NCBI GenBank assembly: GCA_018713605.1 | Contig: DVOM01000036.1 | Span: 14,268-78,267, forward strand | Direction of reading: 5' to 3' | DNA from: Candidatus Scatocola faecigallinarum | GTDB taxonomy: Bacteria > Pseudomonadota > Alphaproteobacteria > RF32 > CAG-239 | Length of the DNA: 64,000 nt | Shown: in pieces, positions 54,291-63,591 of the stretch | How the letters are laid out: every line of letters starts with the position of its first letter | How positions within the stretch are numbered: position 1 is the stretch's first letter | Translations under genes and position numbers: made by a program | The notes under the pieces: model-generated | Told to the model about the DNA's origin: nothing | The model's input: only the letters and a program-made list of their open reading frames with translations | Database searches by the model: none

Positions 54291-54427
54291 ACGCGTTTTG
54301 AAGAGAAAACAGTGGTTGACAAAGATGGACAAAAGACTTATGGTAATGGTTCAAAATTTTATGTTTATGCGAATGTATTTTTATACAAGATATGTATTTT
54401 TTTATGTTTAACTAAAGTTTTTAGCTT

Positions 54428-54997
54428 ATGGATAAGTTGCAAAAGGCACGGTTGGATTTATTCAACATGATGCACGGACGGATTATTCCTAACAGTGTGA
54501 TGGCGGATATTCGCTATGATGCAGGCGATGACCTGTTTGACAAGTTCAGAAAAATTTACGAAGACCCGAAACAAAAGTATCTTCTGATTGCGAATGATAC
54601 GACCTTGTCGGGTTATCAGGCTTTTTGGAATGAGATATTTCCGGAAGACGGTTTGGATTTGTCGGCGCTTGAGTTTTTGCAGGGCAGGGATTTTGCCGAA
54701 GTGAAGTTTTGTTGGAAGGACGAACTGACCAATTTTATTCGCAACGAAGCGAATATTTGCAAGCGTCCTTATCTTGCGCAGTTGGCTGACGCCCTGTATG
54801 TTACGCATACAAAACTTGACTTCTCGCAAGTGTTGGGAGACATGCTGAAGAAACAGGCGGACGTTTCTGCCGATTATGACGTTTACTGGGGTTTTTGCCT
54901 CGTGGCGTTCAGGTTTGACCTGATGAGCGAAGACCTGCTGCCGCTGCTTTATCAGGCGTTGGAAAAGCACAACGGTTTGCTGGTCGCACTTGGTTAA
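54428..54997 (+). CDS. Hypothetical protein, paralog A of a tandem pair
   Basis: Shares 'L.L...MHG..IP' at the N-terminus and 'Y.V..(G/A)FCL(V/L)A..F......LP(L/M)L' near the C-terminus with the next ORF. Confidence 0.5.
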   Translation: MDKLQKARLDLFNMMHGRIIPNSVMADIRYDAGDDLFDKFRKIYEDPKQKYLLIANDTTLSGYQAFWNEIFPEDGLDLSALEFLQGRDFAEVKFCWKDELTNFIRNEANICKRPYLAQLADALYVTHTKLDFSQVLGDMLKKQADVSADYDVYWGFCLVAFRFDLMSEDLLPLLYQALEKHNGLLVALG

Positions 54998-55071
54998 ATT
55001 TTTTTAATATGCGGACGGTTCCTGTTTGGAACTGTCCGTTAATTGATTGTTTATTATTAAATATCTGAACT

Positions 55072-55572
55072 ATGACAAAGAAAGAAATGCAGCTTGAGCT
55101 GTGGAAGGCCATGCACGGCATGGTAATTCCGATGCCGTTTTTAAAAGATATACCGGAAGCGAATATGAAATCTTTTTGGGAAATTTATGATAATCCGAAA
55201 AAGAATCGGCAATTGGCGGAAAATCGTTTTGAAAATGCCCCTTTGCTTGAAAAAGTGCGTAAGGAAACGGCCTTGTGTATTCTGGAATATGCTTCGCGAG
55301 GTTTGTTTGAGGAGCTGGGTGCGCTGGCCGTGGTATTTTATTACGGTTCCAGCGGGTACTCGTGCGCTGCCGAAACGGAAGATTTGCTGGCAGTTTTGGC
55401 TCGGCGAAACTATTCGTATGCGGTGCATTGCGCTTTCTGTCTGCTGGCGCTTAATTTTGAAAGCATTGACGACAGCTGTCTGCCAATGCTTGAAAGGGTT
55501 TTTTACCGGCATAAGGCGGGACTGGAAGCCCGTGGAAAGAGATGGTTTAAAAAACGCTGCGGCTGTAATTGA
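55072..55572 (+). CDS. Hypothetical protein, paralog B of a tandem pair
   Basis: See paralog A. 'LELWKAMHGMVIPMPFL' and 'YAVHCAFCLLALNFESIDDSCLPML'. Confidence 0.5.
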   Translation: MTKKEMQLELWKAMHGMVIPMPFLKDIPEANMKSFWEIYDNPKKNRQLAENRFENAPLLEKVRKETALCILEYASRGLFEELGALAVVFYYGSSGYSCAAETEDLLAVLARRNYSYAVHCAFCLLALNFESIDDSCLPMLERVFYRHKAGLEARGKRWFKKRCGCN

Positions 55573-55628
55573 AAAGCGGTCGGATTAAAAGTTTGCAAGG
55601 CGGAACGTTGGTTCCGCCTTGTTTCGTT

Positions 55629-56573
55629 TCAGAGCAGACAATCGGTGGCTTCGGGATTAGCACAGCGGATCCTGCGGTCGAGACGGTCTTCGTCGATACC
55701 GGCCGGATCTTCGTGAATGATTATCTGTGCATTCGGATAAGCCTTGAGCAGCGCTTTCTCAACCTCGTCGGTATAGTCATGCGCCTGATACAGAGAAAGG
55801 GCGCCATCCAGTTCCAAATGGAATTCGAACATATATTCGCCGCCGAGGTCGCGGGTGCGCAGGTCATGGATGCCGTGGGCAAAATCGTGGCCGAGGACGA
55901 TTTTTTTGATGTTCAGGCGAATTTCGTCGTCAAGCTCCCGGTCGGTCAGCAGTCCGACGGCGTCGCGCGCCAGTTTGTAGGCGTTGTACAACAGATAGGC
56001 GGATACGGCAAAGGCGGTCAGCGTATCAAACCAACTCCAACCCAAAAACTTGACGACAACAAGCGTGACGATGATGGAGAGGTTGGTTGCGACGTCGACG
56101 GTATAGTGGGCGCTGTCGGCTTCAATTGCCTGTGAAGCGGTGTGCCGGGTAACGTATTTTTGAAAGGCGATCAGCGCCAGCGTGCCGAACAGGCTGATCA
56201 GCATGATGGCTATGCCGATGCCGGTTTGTTCAACCTTTACCGGCGTAATAAAGCGGCTGATGCCGTCATACATGACAAAAATGCCGGAACCGGCGACAAA
56301 AGCCGACTGAATAAGCGCCGAAATGGCCTCGGCTTTGCCATGACCGTAACGGTGATTGGAATCGGCCGGCTGGGAGGATATTTTGACGGCGATAAAAGTG
56401 ACTGAAGACGCGAAAATGTCGGCAAGGCTGTCAATCATGGACGAGAGCACGGCCAGCGAACCGGTGTAAAGGGCGCCGAACATCTTGAGAAGGCTGAGGC
56501 TGACGGCCAGCGCGACGCTGGCGGCGGTGGCCGTTTTTTTAAGTTTTCTGCTTTCTTCCTGACTTAAGGGCAT
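55629..56573 (-). CDS. Cation diffusion facilitator (CDF) family metal efflux transporter
   Basis: 'GSLAVLSSMIDSLADI', 'HRYGHGKAEA', and 'HYTVDVATNL' fit the CDF TM2/TM5 metal-site blocks. The C-terminal cytoplasmic domain carries 'HDLRTR'. Confidence 0.88.
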   Translation of the reverse strand: MPLSQEESRKLKKTATAASVALAVSLSLLKMFGALYTGSLAVLSSMIDSLADIFASSVTFIAVKISSQPADSNHRYGHGKAEAISALIQSAFVAGSGIFVMYDGISRFITPVKVEQTGIGIAIMLISLFGTLALIAFQKYVTRHTASQAIEADSAHYTVDVATNLSIIVTLVVVKFLGWSWFDTLTAFAVSAYLLYNAYKLARDAVGLLTDRELDDEIRLNIKKIVLGHDFAHGIHDLRTRDLGGEYMFEFHLELDGALSLYQAHDYTDEVEKALLKAYPNAQIIIHEDPAGIDEDRLDRRIRCANPEATDCLL

Positions 56574-59500
56574 TTTGTATTTTCTCCATATCTTCGGCAG
56601 TTATTTCAAAAAACTTATTTTTAGTGCCGTCAGCGAAAGTTTGCAAATGTTTTCCGTTGATTGTGCCGATGAAATCGTAAACGACATAATAGCGGCCTTT
56701 CTCGCGATAAAATTTCAAATCGACACGGTTTCCGTTCTCGGCGTCCAGCGTGAAACCGAACATTTTTTCGGCATTTGTTTTTTCGGGCGCTTCACCGGTA
56801 AAGTAGGTGTTCAGCATTATCCGGGCCAGATTGGCCAGCAGGCCGGCGTCCGTTTGGCCGTTTACGGCGGCCAGCCGTCCGAAACGCAGGTTCCAGAGCG
56901 AACTGTAAGTCCAGTTTTGCCAGACAGGTTCAAGATCAATGAAGTCGGCGGCAATCAGCCAGACCTGGAAACGGTTGTCAAACTTGATATAGGCGGCTTT
57001 AGCTCCGCGGCCGACGTCCAGATCATAGCGGCCGACGTTGAAGGCCGTCAGGCTGTTTCCGTCCGCATCCTGCAGTTCAATGCGGATATTGGGCGTACCG
57101 GCGACACCCAGCGGCGCCAGTCCGAATTTGCCCAAATCTTCGCCGCGGTCGGATTTCTTCTCATAATAAACGGCTTCCAGCATTGCGCTCAAGAAGCTGC
57201 GAAGCCGCTCCTGATAAACCGGAAAAATTTCATGTCCTTTCAGTTTCCAGTTGTCACCGTCAAGATAAAACTCAAGGATATTGCTGTTGTTTTGGAGAGT
57301 TATATGCCGGACGTCGTTGATTTTTTTATCAAGTCCGGCGAAGACGGGTTTGTTTTCATAAGCTTCGATTTGGCGGTCTTCGGTCAGATAGACCGATGCA
57401 ACGCCCAATCCGAGCAAAAGCAGGGAAGCGGCAAGAATCCTGCCGAGTTTTTCGTTGAAACGGAAAGAGCTTCCCGGCCGTCTGCGGCGGGAGAAAAATG
57501 CCGACAGCAGCAGTCCGGCCAATATGGACAGCGGAACCGCGTAGATGTTGGCAATTTTTACCCATGTGTCGATGGCGTTGATTTCGGCGTTAAGCGTGCG
57601 GCGGATTTCGCCGAGTTCTTTTCTTTCGGCGTCCAGACGTTTGCGAATGCCGGCAATCAGGGATAATTCGTCCGCAGTAAAGGTCTGCCGCCGTTCGAAG
57701 TCTTTTTTGCCCCAGATTTCCTGAAGTTCGGTTTTGGTTCGATTGATGCGTTCGATGATTTCGTTCTCTTTAACCTTAAAGTCAAGCTGCGCGTTGCGCC
57801 GGATTCTTTCGACGTCTTCAAATCGTCTGACCTTGGCCGATTTGCCGCGCAGGCCGATGAGGTTGTCGCCGCCGCTCAGACTTTCGAGCGCATTAAGAAC
57901 AAAGTTGCCGTTGTCCATGACCGGCACGGCAAAGTTACCATCCAGCAGTTTGACCGAACTGGTCCAAAACGAATCGTAGAGAAAGTCGGAATCGCCGACG
58001 GCAATAAGTTCAAAGGGGCGGTCAGCGCGGCCGCTTTTGATTTTCGCGGCGATGACCTTCGGTGTATTGTCCGAGCGGAAGCTGCGGAGAATGTCGCCGG
58101 GGTTGACGTTTTGGTAAACTGCCGAGACGTCGAGGTATGCGGCGTTGGGCGAAGTGATTATCAGCGGTTCGAAAATGATGTCCGGTGCCGCCGGTTCGAT
58201 TTCTGAAGCGGAGGAAAAAAGAAGGTTCTTAAGTTTGGAAACCTCCGGCGCCTTCGGATTGACGTTTTTCTCGGTCAGGATAAACTGAACCACGTCGCGG
58301 GTAAAGGACGGGTTGTTTTTATAGTCTTTGGTGGCATCGACCATTATGGAGTTGTCCAAATCGGCGACGACGGCATCGTTGCGGAAGCGGATACCCCAGA
58401 AGCCGGCCAGTTCGCCGGGATATGACGGAACGTATTCATGGTTGACCGGCGAGAAAATGCGCGGCGCTTCGGCGGCGTTGTCGAGAATAAGCAGCACTTT
58501 GCCGCCGTCGAGGGAATAACGTTTGATTTTGCCGGTCAAATTCTCGTCGGGATTCTGCGGGTTGATTATCATCAGGACGTCAAGATCGTCGGGGAAGTCT
58601 TCCGCGGTTTTGATGTGCTTTATTCGGTAAAGCTCTTTGAGCTGTTTGATAATCTGCCATTCCTGGCTGACGACGTTGTTGTTGATGACGGTGTCGAAGA
58701 CCGGCAGCGTGGTAATGATGCCGAGTTTTTTGCGGGGATGTGTAAGTTCGAATATTTTCTGGGTAATATCCTGTTCCAAAAAGTTCTGTCTCTCCAGGGC
58801 GAAAAACGGAATGGTTTGACGATTGTCAACCGAATCGGTTAGCGTCAGACCGAAAAAGGCATTGACGTTGAGGTCGGCAACCGGCAGCGGTTGCAGGCCG
58901 GCGGCAATGGCTCTGTCTTCGATTTCGTCAAGCGGTTCGGGATTGTAAATCCGGTAGGCAAAACGGCCGCCGGACAGCGCGGCATACTGGCGAAGCAGCA
59001 GGCGGACTTTGTCAAACATCAGGCGCAGGTCTGGGTTGCGTTCGCCCAAAACCGGGGAATAGTAGAGTTTTGCAGTTATCGGCCGGGGCAGGTAGCGGAG
59101 CGTGTTTTTTGTGGTGTCGGTAAGGGTAAAGATTTTTTCTTCGGTAAAATCGGCGGATATGCCGCGGGTAAGGTTGTTGGCGAGCAGGTTGAGCCCGGCG
59201 AAACCGAGCAACAGGCAGAAAAAGGCAAAAATATAATAGCTCCGCGACGTTGACTTAAGCCATCCGGCGGTTCCGGCGGTTTTGAAACTGACAATCAGAA
59301 CGGTGGTAAAATTGAACAGCAGAATCAGCGAAACGAAGAAAATGAGATCGCGCAGTTCGAGAAGGCCGCGGGATATGGCGTCAAAATGGGTAAGAAAGCT
59401 GAACGAAGCAATCATATCGACGGCGGCCAGCGGCAAAAACAGCCTGACAAAGGCCAGTATGTATTCCAGTCCGCTCAGAAAAAAAGCCAGATTGGCGACA

Positions 59501-60003
59501 ACGGAAAGCACCAGGGCGATAACCTGGTTTTTGGTCAGTGCCGACATGGTCTGCGAAATGGCGAGCATGCAGCCGGCGAGGACAAAACTGCCTGCGTAAC
59601 TCAGGGCAATGACGCCGTTGTCGGGCGTGCCGAGAATGTTGACGGTAATCCAAAACGGAAAGGTCAGAAACAGTGCCAGAGCGCAGAATGTCCAGGCGGC
59701 AAAAAACTTTCCCCAGACGAAAGCAGACACAGGAACCGGCATGGTCATAATCTGGACGACGGTTTTGGCACGAAACTCCTCGCTCCACAGCCGCATGGAA
59801 ATGCCGGGAATAAACAGAAGGTAAAGCCAGGGCTGAAAGGCAAACATAGACGACAGGTCGGCCGAGCCGCGTTCAAAGAAACTGCCGAAATAAACGGCAA
59901 AGGAACCGTTGAGCAGCAGAAAGGCTATCAGATAGACGTAAGCCAGCGGCGAGATGAAGTAACGCAGGAGTTCGTTTTTGGCAACCGCAAACAGCTTGTT
60001 CAT
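56539..60003 (-). CDS. Fusion protein: ABC-2-type permease (GldF-like) + GldG-like ABC auxiliary domain + DUF4340-like C-terminal domain
   Basis: The N-terminal roughly 240 aa form a six-TM ABC-2 permease. The middle region, 'LPRPITAKLYYSPVLGERNPDLRLMFDKVRLLLRQYAALSGGRFAYRIYNPEP', fits the GldG/ABC_transp_aux pattern. A TM segment near residue 790 is followed by a roughly 330-aa domain in the position normally taken by a separate DUF4340 gene. The DUF4340 call is tentative. Confidence 0.7.
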   Translation of the reverse strand: MNKLFAVAKNELLRYFISPLAYVYLIAFLLLNGSFAVYFGSFFERGSADLSSMFAFQPWLYLLFIPGISMRLWSEEFRAKTVVQIMTMPVPVSAFVWGKFFAAWTFCALALFLTFPFWITVNILGTPDNGVIALSYAGSFVLAGCMLAISQTMSALTKNQVIALVLSVVANLAFFLSGLEYILAFVRLFLPLAAVDMIASFSFLTHFDAISRGLLELRDLIFFVSLILLFNFTTVLIVSFKTAGTAGWLKSTSRSYYIFAFFCLLLGFAGLNLLANNLTRGISADFTEEKIFTLTDTTKNTLRYLPRPITAKLYYSPVLGERNPDLRLMFDKVRLLLRQYAALSGGRFAYRIYNPEPLDEIEDRAIAAGLQPLPVADLNVNAFFGLTLTDSVDNRQTIPFFALERQNFLEQDITQKIFELTHPRKKLGIITTLPVFDTVINNNVVSQEWQIIKQLKELYRIKHIKTAEDFPDDLDVLMIINPQNPDENLTGKIKRYSLDGGKVLLILDNAAEAPRIFSPVNHEYVPSYPGELAGFWGIRFRNDAVVADLDNSIMVDATKDYKNNPSFTRDVVQFILTEKNVNPKAPEVSKLKNLLFSSASEIEPAAPDIIFEPLIITSPNAAYLDVSAVYQNVNPGDILRSFRSDNTPKVIAAKIKSGRADRPFELIAVGDSDFLYDSFWTSSVKLLDGNFAVPVMDNGNFVLNALESLSGGDNLIGLRGKSAKVRRFEDVERIRRNAQLDFKVKENEIIERINRTKTELQEIWGKKDFERRQTFTADELSLIAGIRKRLDAERKELGEIRRTLNAEINAIDTWVKIANIYAVPLSILAGLLLSAFFSRRRRPGSSFRFNEKLGRILAASLLLLGLGVASVYLTEDRQIEAYENKPVFAGLDKKINDVRHITLQNNSNILEFYLDGDNWKLKGHEIFPVYQERLRSFLSAMLEAVYYEKKSDRGEDLGKFGLAPLGVAGTPNIRIELQDADGNSLTAFNVGRYDLDVGRGAKAAYIKFDNRFQVWLIAADFIDLEPVWQNWTYSSLWNLRFGRLAAVNGQTDAGLLANLARIMLNTYFTGEAPEKTNAEKMFGFTLDAENGNRVDLKFYREKGRYYVVYDFIGTINGKHLQTFADGTKNKFFEITAEDMEKIQNALKSGRKQKT

Positions 60004-60725
60004 CAGTTTTCCTCCTCGGAAACGGTCAGTTTGCGGAAAGCTTCGGCCAGCGTTTTGCCGCCGCTGCGGGCGATGATTTCCGCACAGCTGCCGTCAGCCA
60101 TGATTTTGCCCCGGTTCATAAGAATGATCCGGCTGCAGACGGTTTCAGCTTCTTCCAACAGGTGGGTCGAAATGAGAATGGTTTTTTCCTGTCCCATTTG
60201 GTTAATCAGACTGCGAATGTGGGCCTTTTGGTTGGGGTCGAGACCGTCGGTCGGTTCGTCAAGCAGCAACACCGGCGGATTGCTCAAAATGCTTTGAGCA
60301 AAGCCGACGCGGCGCAGATATCCTTTGGAAAGCGTTTCGATTTTCTGTTGCATAACCTGCGTAACATTGGCTGTTTCCGCCGCCTCGGCAATGCGCGCTG
60401 CGGGCAACCCACGCAATTCGGCCATATAGCGCAGAAAGTCCCTGACGCTCAGGTCCGGATACAACGGCGCGCCCTCCGGCAGGAAGCCGACCGAAGCCTT
60501 GGCGGACAACGGGTTGTCGCGGATGTTGCGGCCGAGGATGAAAATGTCTCCGGAAGAGGGCGCAAGATAGCCGGTTATCATGTTCATCAGAGTTGATTTG
60601 CCGGCGCCGTTCGGCCCCAAAAGGGCGATGATTTCTCCAGCAGCGGCCGTGAAGCTCAAGTCGTCGACTGCCCTGAGATTTCCGTAATCTTTGGTCAGAT
60701 GCCTGATTTCTATGGCGGCTGGCAA
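60003..60725 (-). CDS. ABC transporter ATP-binding protein (GldA/CcmA-like)
   Basis: Walker A 'GPNGAGKST', signature 'LSKGYLRRV' and Walker B 'LLLDEPTDGLD'. ATGA overlap with the permease fusion. Confidence 0.92.
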   Translation of the reverse strand: MPAAIEIRHLTKDYGNLRAVDDLSFTAAAGEIIALLGPNGAGKSTLMNMITGYLAPSSGDIFILGRNIRDNPLSAKASVGFLPEGAPLYPDLSVRDFLRYMAELRGLPAARIAEAAETANVTQVMQQKIETLSKGYLRRVGFAQSILSNPPVLLLDEPTDGLDPNQKAHIRSLINQMGQEKTILISTHLLEEAETVCSRIILMNRGKIMADGSCAEIIARSGGKTLAEAFRKLTVSEEEN

Positions 60726-60741
60726 AGCAGGTCTCCTTTGG

Positions 60742-61164
60742 TTATTTTTTGCCGTCGGAATTTTTGCGCCAGCCGAGTTCCGATTTGATGAAAGCGTCGA
60801 TTTCGGCAGGTGCTATCAGTTTGCCGTTGGCATAGAAAACGTCAGGTTCGCCACCGGCTTGGGCAACTTCGGCCAGACGGGCGGGGCTGGTGTTTTCGTT
60901 ATAGATTTCATAAGCGAGAACCTTTATCTTTCGGCCGTCAAGCGCGGCGATAACCTTGTCGGCGTTGCGAATGTCGGCCGGGCTGTTATAGGCCAAAATA
61001 ACAACCGATGCGGCCTTTTTCTGCTCCAGCGCAGACAGAACCTCAGCCGCAAAGGACGGTTCTGCCGGCGATGAAACCCGATCGTCGCCGGGATTGTTGA
61101 GGCGAAAGGAAATGAAAACGACCGCGGCGATAACGATAAGTGTGAAAATGAGTTTTTTAACCAT
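60742..61164 (-). CDS. Membrane-anchored hypothetical protein
   Basis: N-terminal TM 'LIFTLIVIAAVVFISF'. No catalytic motif recognised. Confidence 0.45.
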   Translation of the reverse strand: MVKKLIFTLIVIAAVVFISFRLNNPGDDRVSSPAEPSFAAEVLSALEQKKAASVVILAYNSPADIRNADKVIAALDGRKIKVLAYEIYNENTSPARLAEVAQAGGEPDVFYANGKLIAPAEIDAFIKSELGWRKNSDGKK

Positions 61165-61220
61165 GTTTTTTCTCCCTGAAATTGTCATTAATATAATCGA
61201 AGATGGTTAATTAATAATAA

Positions 61221-61982
61221 CTATTTTTTACTGACTTCGTAGAGGGCAATGGCGGCGGCCGTCGAAACGTTGAGACTTTCAACCCGGCCGGAGATGGGCA
61301 GGCGGACCGTCATGTCGCAGCTTTCTTCAACCAGACGACGCATGCCTTTGCCTTCGGATCCCATAATGATGGCTATTTTTCCGCCTTTGTTCATTTTGTC
61401 GATGGTTGTCTGCGCGTAGCCGTCCATTCCGACTGTCCAGAAGCCGGCCTCTTTCAGGCGGTTGACGGCGCGGGAAAGATTCGTAACCCGGCAAACGGGC
61501 AGATATTCAATGGTGCCGGCCGCGGCTTTTGCCATGGCTCCGGTTTCGGCCGGCGCATTTTTGTCCTGCATTATCAGCGCCAGCGTGTCGAAAGCGACGC
61601 AGGAACGGATGACGGCGCCGATGTTCTGCGGGTCGGTTACCTGGTCAAGAATCAGAAGATGGCAGTCCGGTTTGTCTGCGGCCAGAATGCAGATGTCTTC
61701 CAAAGAATATTCGGGAAGTTCCGAGCAATAGAGCGCAAAACCCTGATGAACGGCATCCCGGGGCAGAATGCGGTCAATTTCCCGACGGTCGACGATGTTG
61801 ACCGCGGCTTCGGGCAGGCCTCGCGCCGCACAGATTTTTTTTGCCTCGGGCGCGTTCTCGGCCGTGCAGAGCAGTTTGGCAATTTTGCGTTCGGGATTGG
61901 CGAGGGCTGCGGTTACGGCATGGCGCCCGTAAAGAATGAGAGGCGTTTTGGCTGCTGTCGGTACTGAGAATTTTTTAGACAT
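61221..61982 (-). CDS. rlmB: 23S rRNA (guanosine-2'-O)-methyltransferase RlmB (SpoU/TrmH family)
   Basis: 'LILDQVTDPQNIGAVIRS', 'IIMGSEGKGMR' and 'VESLNVSTAAAIALYE'. Confidence 0.88.
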   Translation of the reverse strand: MSKKFSVPTAAKTPLILYGRHAVTAALANPERKIAKLLCTAENAPEAKKICAARGLPEAAVNIVDRREIDRILPRDAVHQGFALYCSELPEYSLEDICILAADKPDCHLLILDQVTDPQNIGAVIRSCVAFDTLALIMQDKNAPAETGAMAKAAAGTIEYLPVCRVTNLSRAVNRLKEAGFWTVGMDGYAQTTIDKMNKGGKIAIIMGSEGKGMRRLVEESCDMTVRLPISGRVESLNVSTAAAIALYEVSKK

Positions 61983-62865
61983 TTTCTTTTCCTTGCTGAA
62001 TGACTTTGCGCAGAGAACTGTCGTTTTGCGCCAGAAGCCTTTCGGCTTCGGCGGGCAGACAATTCATTGCGGCCATGACACAGGCGGTTTTTACATTTTT
62101 GTCCGCGGCAAGAAGACATTTTTCGGCGACACCGCGGTTTACTCCGGTAATCCGCTCAATCATATCCAAGGCCCGTCGATAAAGCTTTTCGTTGCTGACA
62201 TTGACATCAATCATCAGGTTTTCGTAGGTTTTTCCGAGCCGAATCATGGCTCCGGTGGATATCATGTTGAGAATCATTTTCTGAGCGGAACCCGATTTCA
62301 TTCGCGAGGAGCCGTCAATGGCCTCAGAACCGACGAGCGGATTGATAAAGACGTCGGCATAGGGTTTGAATTTTGCCTGCGGATTGGACGTGACGGCAAC
62401 GGTTTTGGCACCGCGGCGCCGGGCTTCTGCAAGCACGGACACGACATAGGCGGGATTGCCGCTGGCCGAAATGCCGACAACAACGTCGCCGGCGCCGGCA
62501 TTGAAAGTTTCAAGGTCTTTGACGGCCAGTTCGGCATTGTCTTCCGCGCCGTTGACCGAAGCGCGGATACATTCGTCGCCGCCGGCGATGAAACTTTGAA
62601 TCAGGTTTTCGTCGATGCCGAAAGTCTGCGGACAGTCGGTAGCGTCAAGTATGGCGATTTTGCCGCTGGTGCCGGCGCCGAAGTAGCCAAGCCGGCCGCC
62701 GCTGCGGAGAGCTTCGGCAGCAAGGTCTATGGCACGGGCGACATCGGGCAGAACCTGGCTTACGGCCGCCGCAACTTTTGTGTCTTCGCGGTTTATGCTT
62801 CGGGCTATTTCGAGAGAATCCATCAAATCAATGTCGACCGTATCGGGGTTGCGGTTTTCAGTCAT
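61975..62865 (-). CDS. murQ: N-acetylmuramic acid 6-phosphate etherase
   Basis: SIS-domain blocks 'GGRLGYFGAGTSGKIA', 'DVVVGISASGNPAYV' and 'GSSRMKSGSAQKMILNMIS'. The ATG at 62865 gives the usual roughly 297 aa. The longer listed ORF (to 63177) overlaps the HAD gene and is not needed. Confidence 0.9.
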   Translation of the reverse strand: MTENRNPDTVDIDLMDSLEIARSINREDTKVAAAVSQVLPDVARAIDLAAEALRSGGRLGYFGAGTSGKIAILDATDCPQTFGIDENLIQSFIAGGDECIRASVNGAEDNAELAVKDLETFNAGAGDVVVGISASGNPAYVVSVLAEARRRGAKTVAVTSNPQAKFKPYADVFINPLVGSEAIDGSSRMKSGSAQKMILNMISTGAMIRLGKTYENLMIDVNVSNEKLYRRALDMIERITGVNRGVAEKCLLAADKNVKTACVMAAMNCLPAEAERLLAQNDSSLRKVIQQGKENV

Positions 62866-63511
62866 TGCATTCTCCGATAATCTCAATGACCTGCCGCAGG
62901 TCGTCAATTTTGCGGTCAGGCTCGCTGCCCTTGTATTTGCGTTTGGGGTCATAGATGACGCAAAAAGCTTTTCGGTTGTCATGCGCATAGGTTGCCGCGG
63001 TTTGAAAATCGGCTTCGCCGTCGCCCAAAACCAGTATTTCGTCGGCCTGCGGAAGCTTCCCGCCAAAAGCGGCGTGCGTGGCCAGAGGGTGCGGTTTGTC
63101 TTCCGCATATTCGCCGGCGGCAATGACCTTGTCAAAAAATTCGGAAAAACCGAGTTTTTCGATTTCTTCGGCAACATAAAGCGTTTTTTTGTTGGTAATC
63201 AGGATGCTGGTAATATTGTGTTTCCGGCAGTATTCCAAAACGCTGCGGGCACCGGGCATTGCTTCCAGAGCGGCGGCGTGGTGTTTGCCGATGAAGCTGT
63301 AGTAAGCGTCGGCGGCTTCCTGCTTGCGTTCGCCGAAGATGCAGCCCAGAGTGTCTTTGTTCTGAAGCGTGCTGGTAATGCGTTTAACTTCGTCATAGGG
63401 AATGCGGGGCAGGCCGAGCGTGTCGAAAGTGTAGTCATAGGCGGCGGAAATAACCGGGTAGGTGTCGGCCAAGGTGCCGTCCCAGTCGAAAACAACGTAT
63501 TTTATACTCAT
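62858..63511 (-). CDS. HAD-superfamily hydrolase (phosphoglycolate phosphatase-like)
   Basis: 'YVVFDWDGTLADT', 'ILITNK' and 'LGDGEADFQTA'. Confidence 0.85.
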   Translation of the reverse strand: MSIKYVVFDWDGTLADTYPVISAAYDYTFDTLGLPRIPYDEVKRITSTLQNKDTLGCIFGERKQEAADAYYSFIGKHHAAALEAMPGARSVLEYCRKHNITSILITNKKTLYVAEEIEKLGFSEFFDKVIAAGEYAEDKPHPLATHAAFGGKLPQADEILVLGDGEADFQTAATYAHDNRKAFCVIYDPKRKYKGSEPDRKIDDLRQVIEIIGECND

Positions 63512-63591
63512 AAAACCTCCGATTTTAAGCTTTATTTAAATGGTATCGGTTATATAAAAAAGTATGATAGCCAGTAAAGGAGACAGGGTCA

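Noticed and set aside
55569-60297. Several long + strand ORFs (55569..56135, 56575..57666, 59386..60297).
   Set aside because: They are antisense to the CDF transporter, the ABC-2/GldG fusion and the ABC ATPase genes, and have shadow-ORF composition.
62866-63177. N-terminal extension of the murQ ORF (the listed ORF is 61975..63177, 400 aa).
   Set aside because: The extra 104 codons overlap the HAD hydrolase gene in another frame and have odd composition. The Met at 62865 gives a standard-length MurQ that begins just before the conserved SIS domain.
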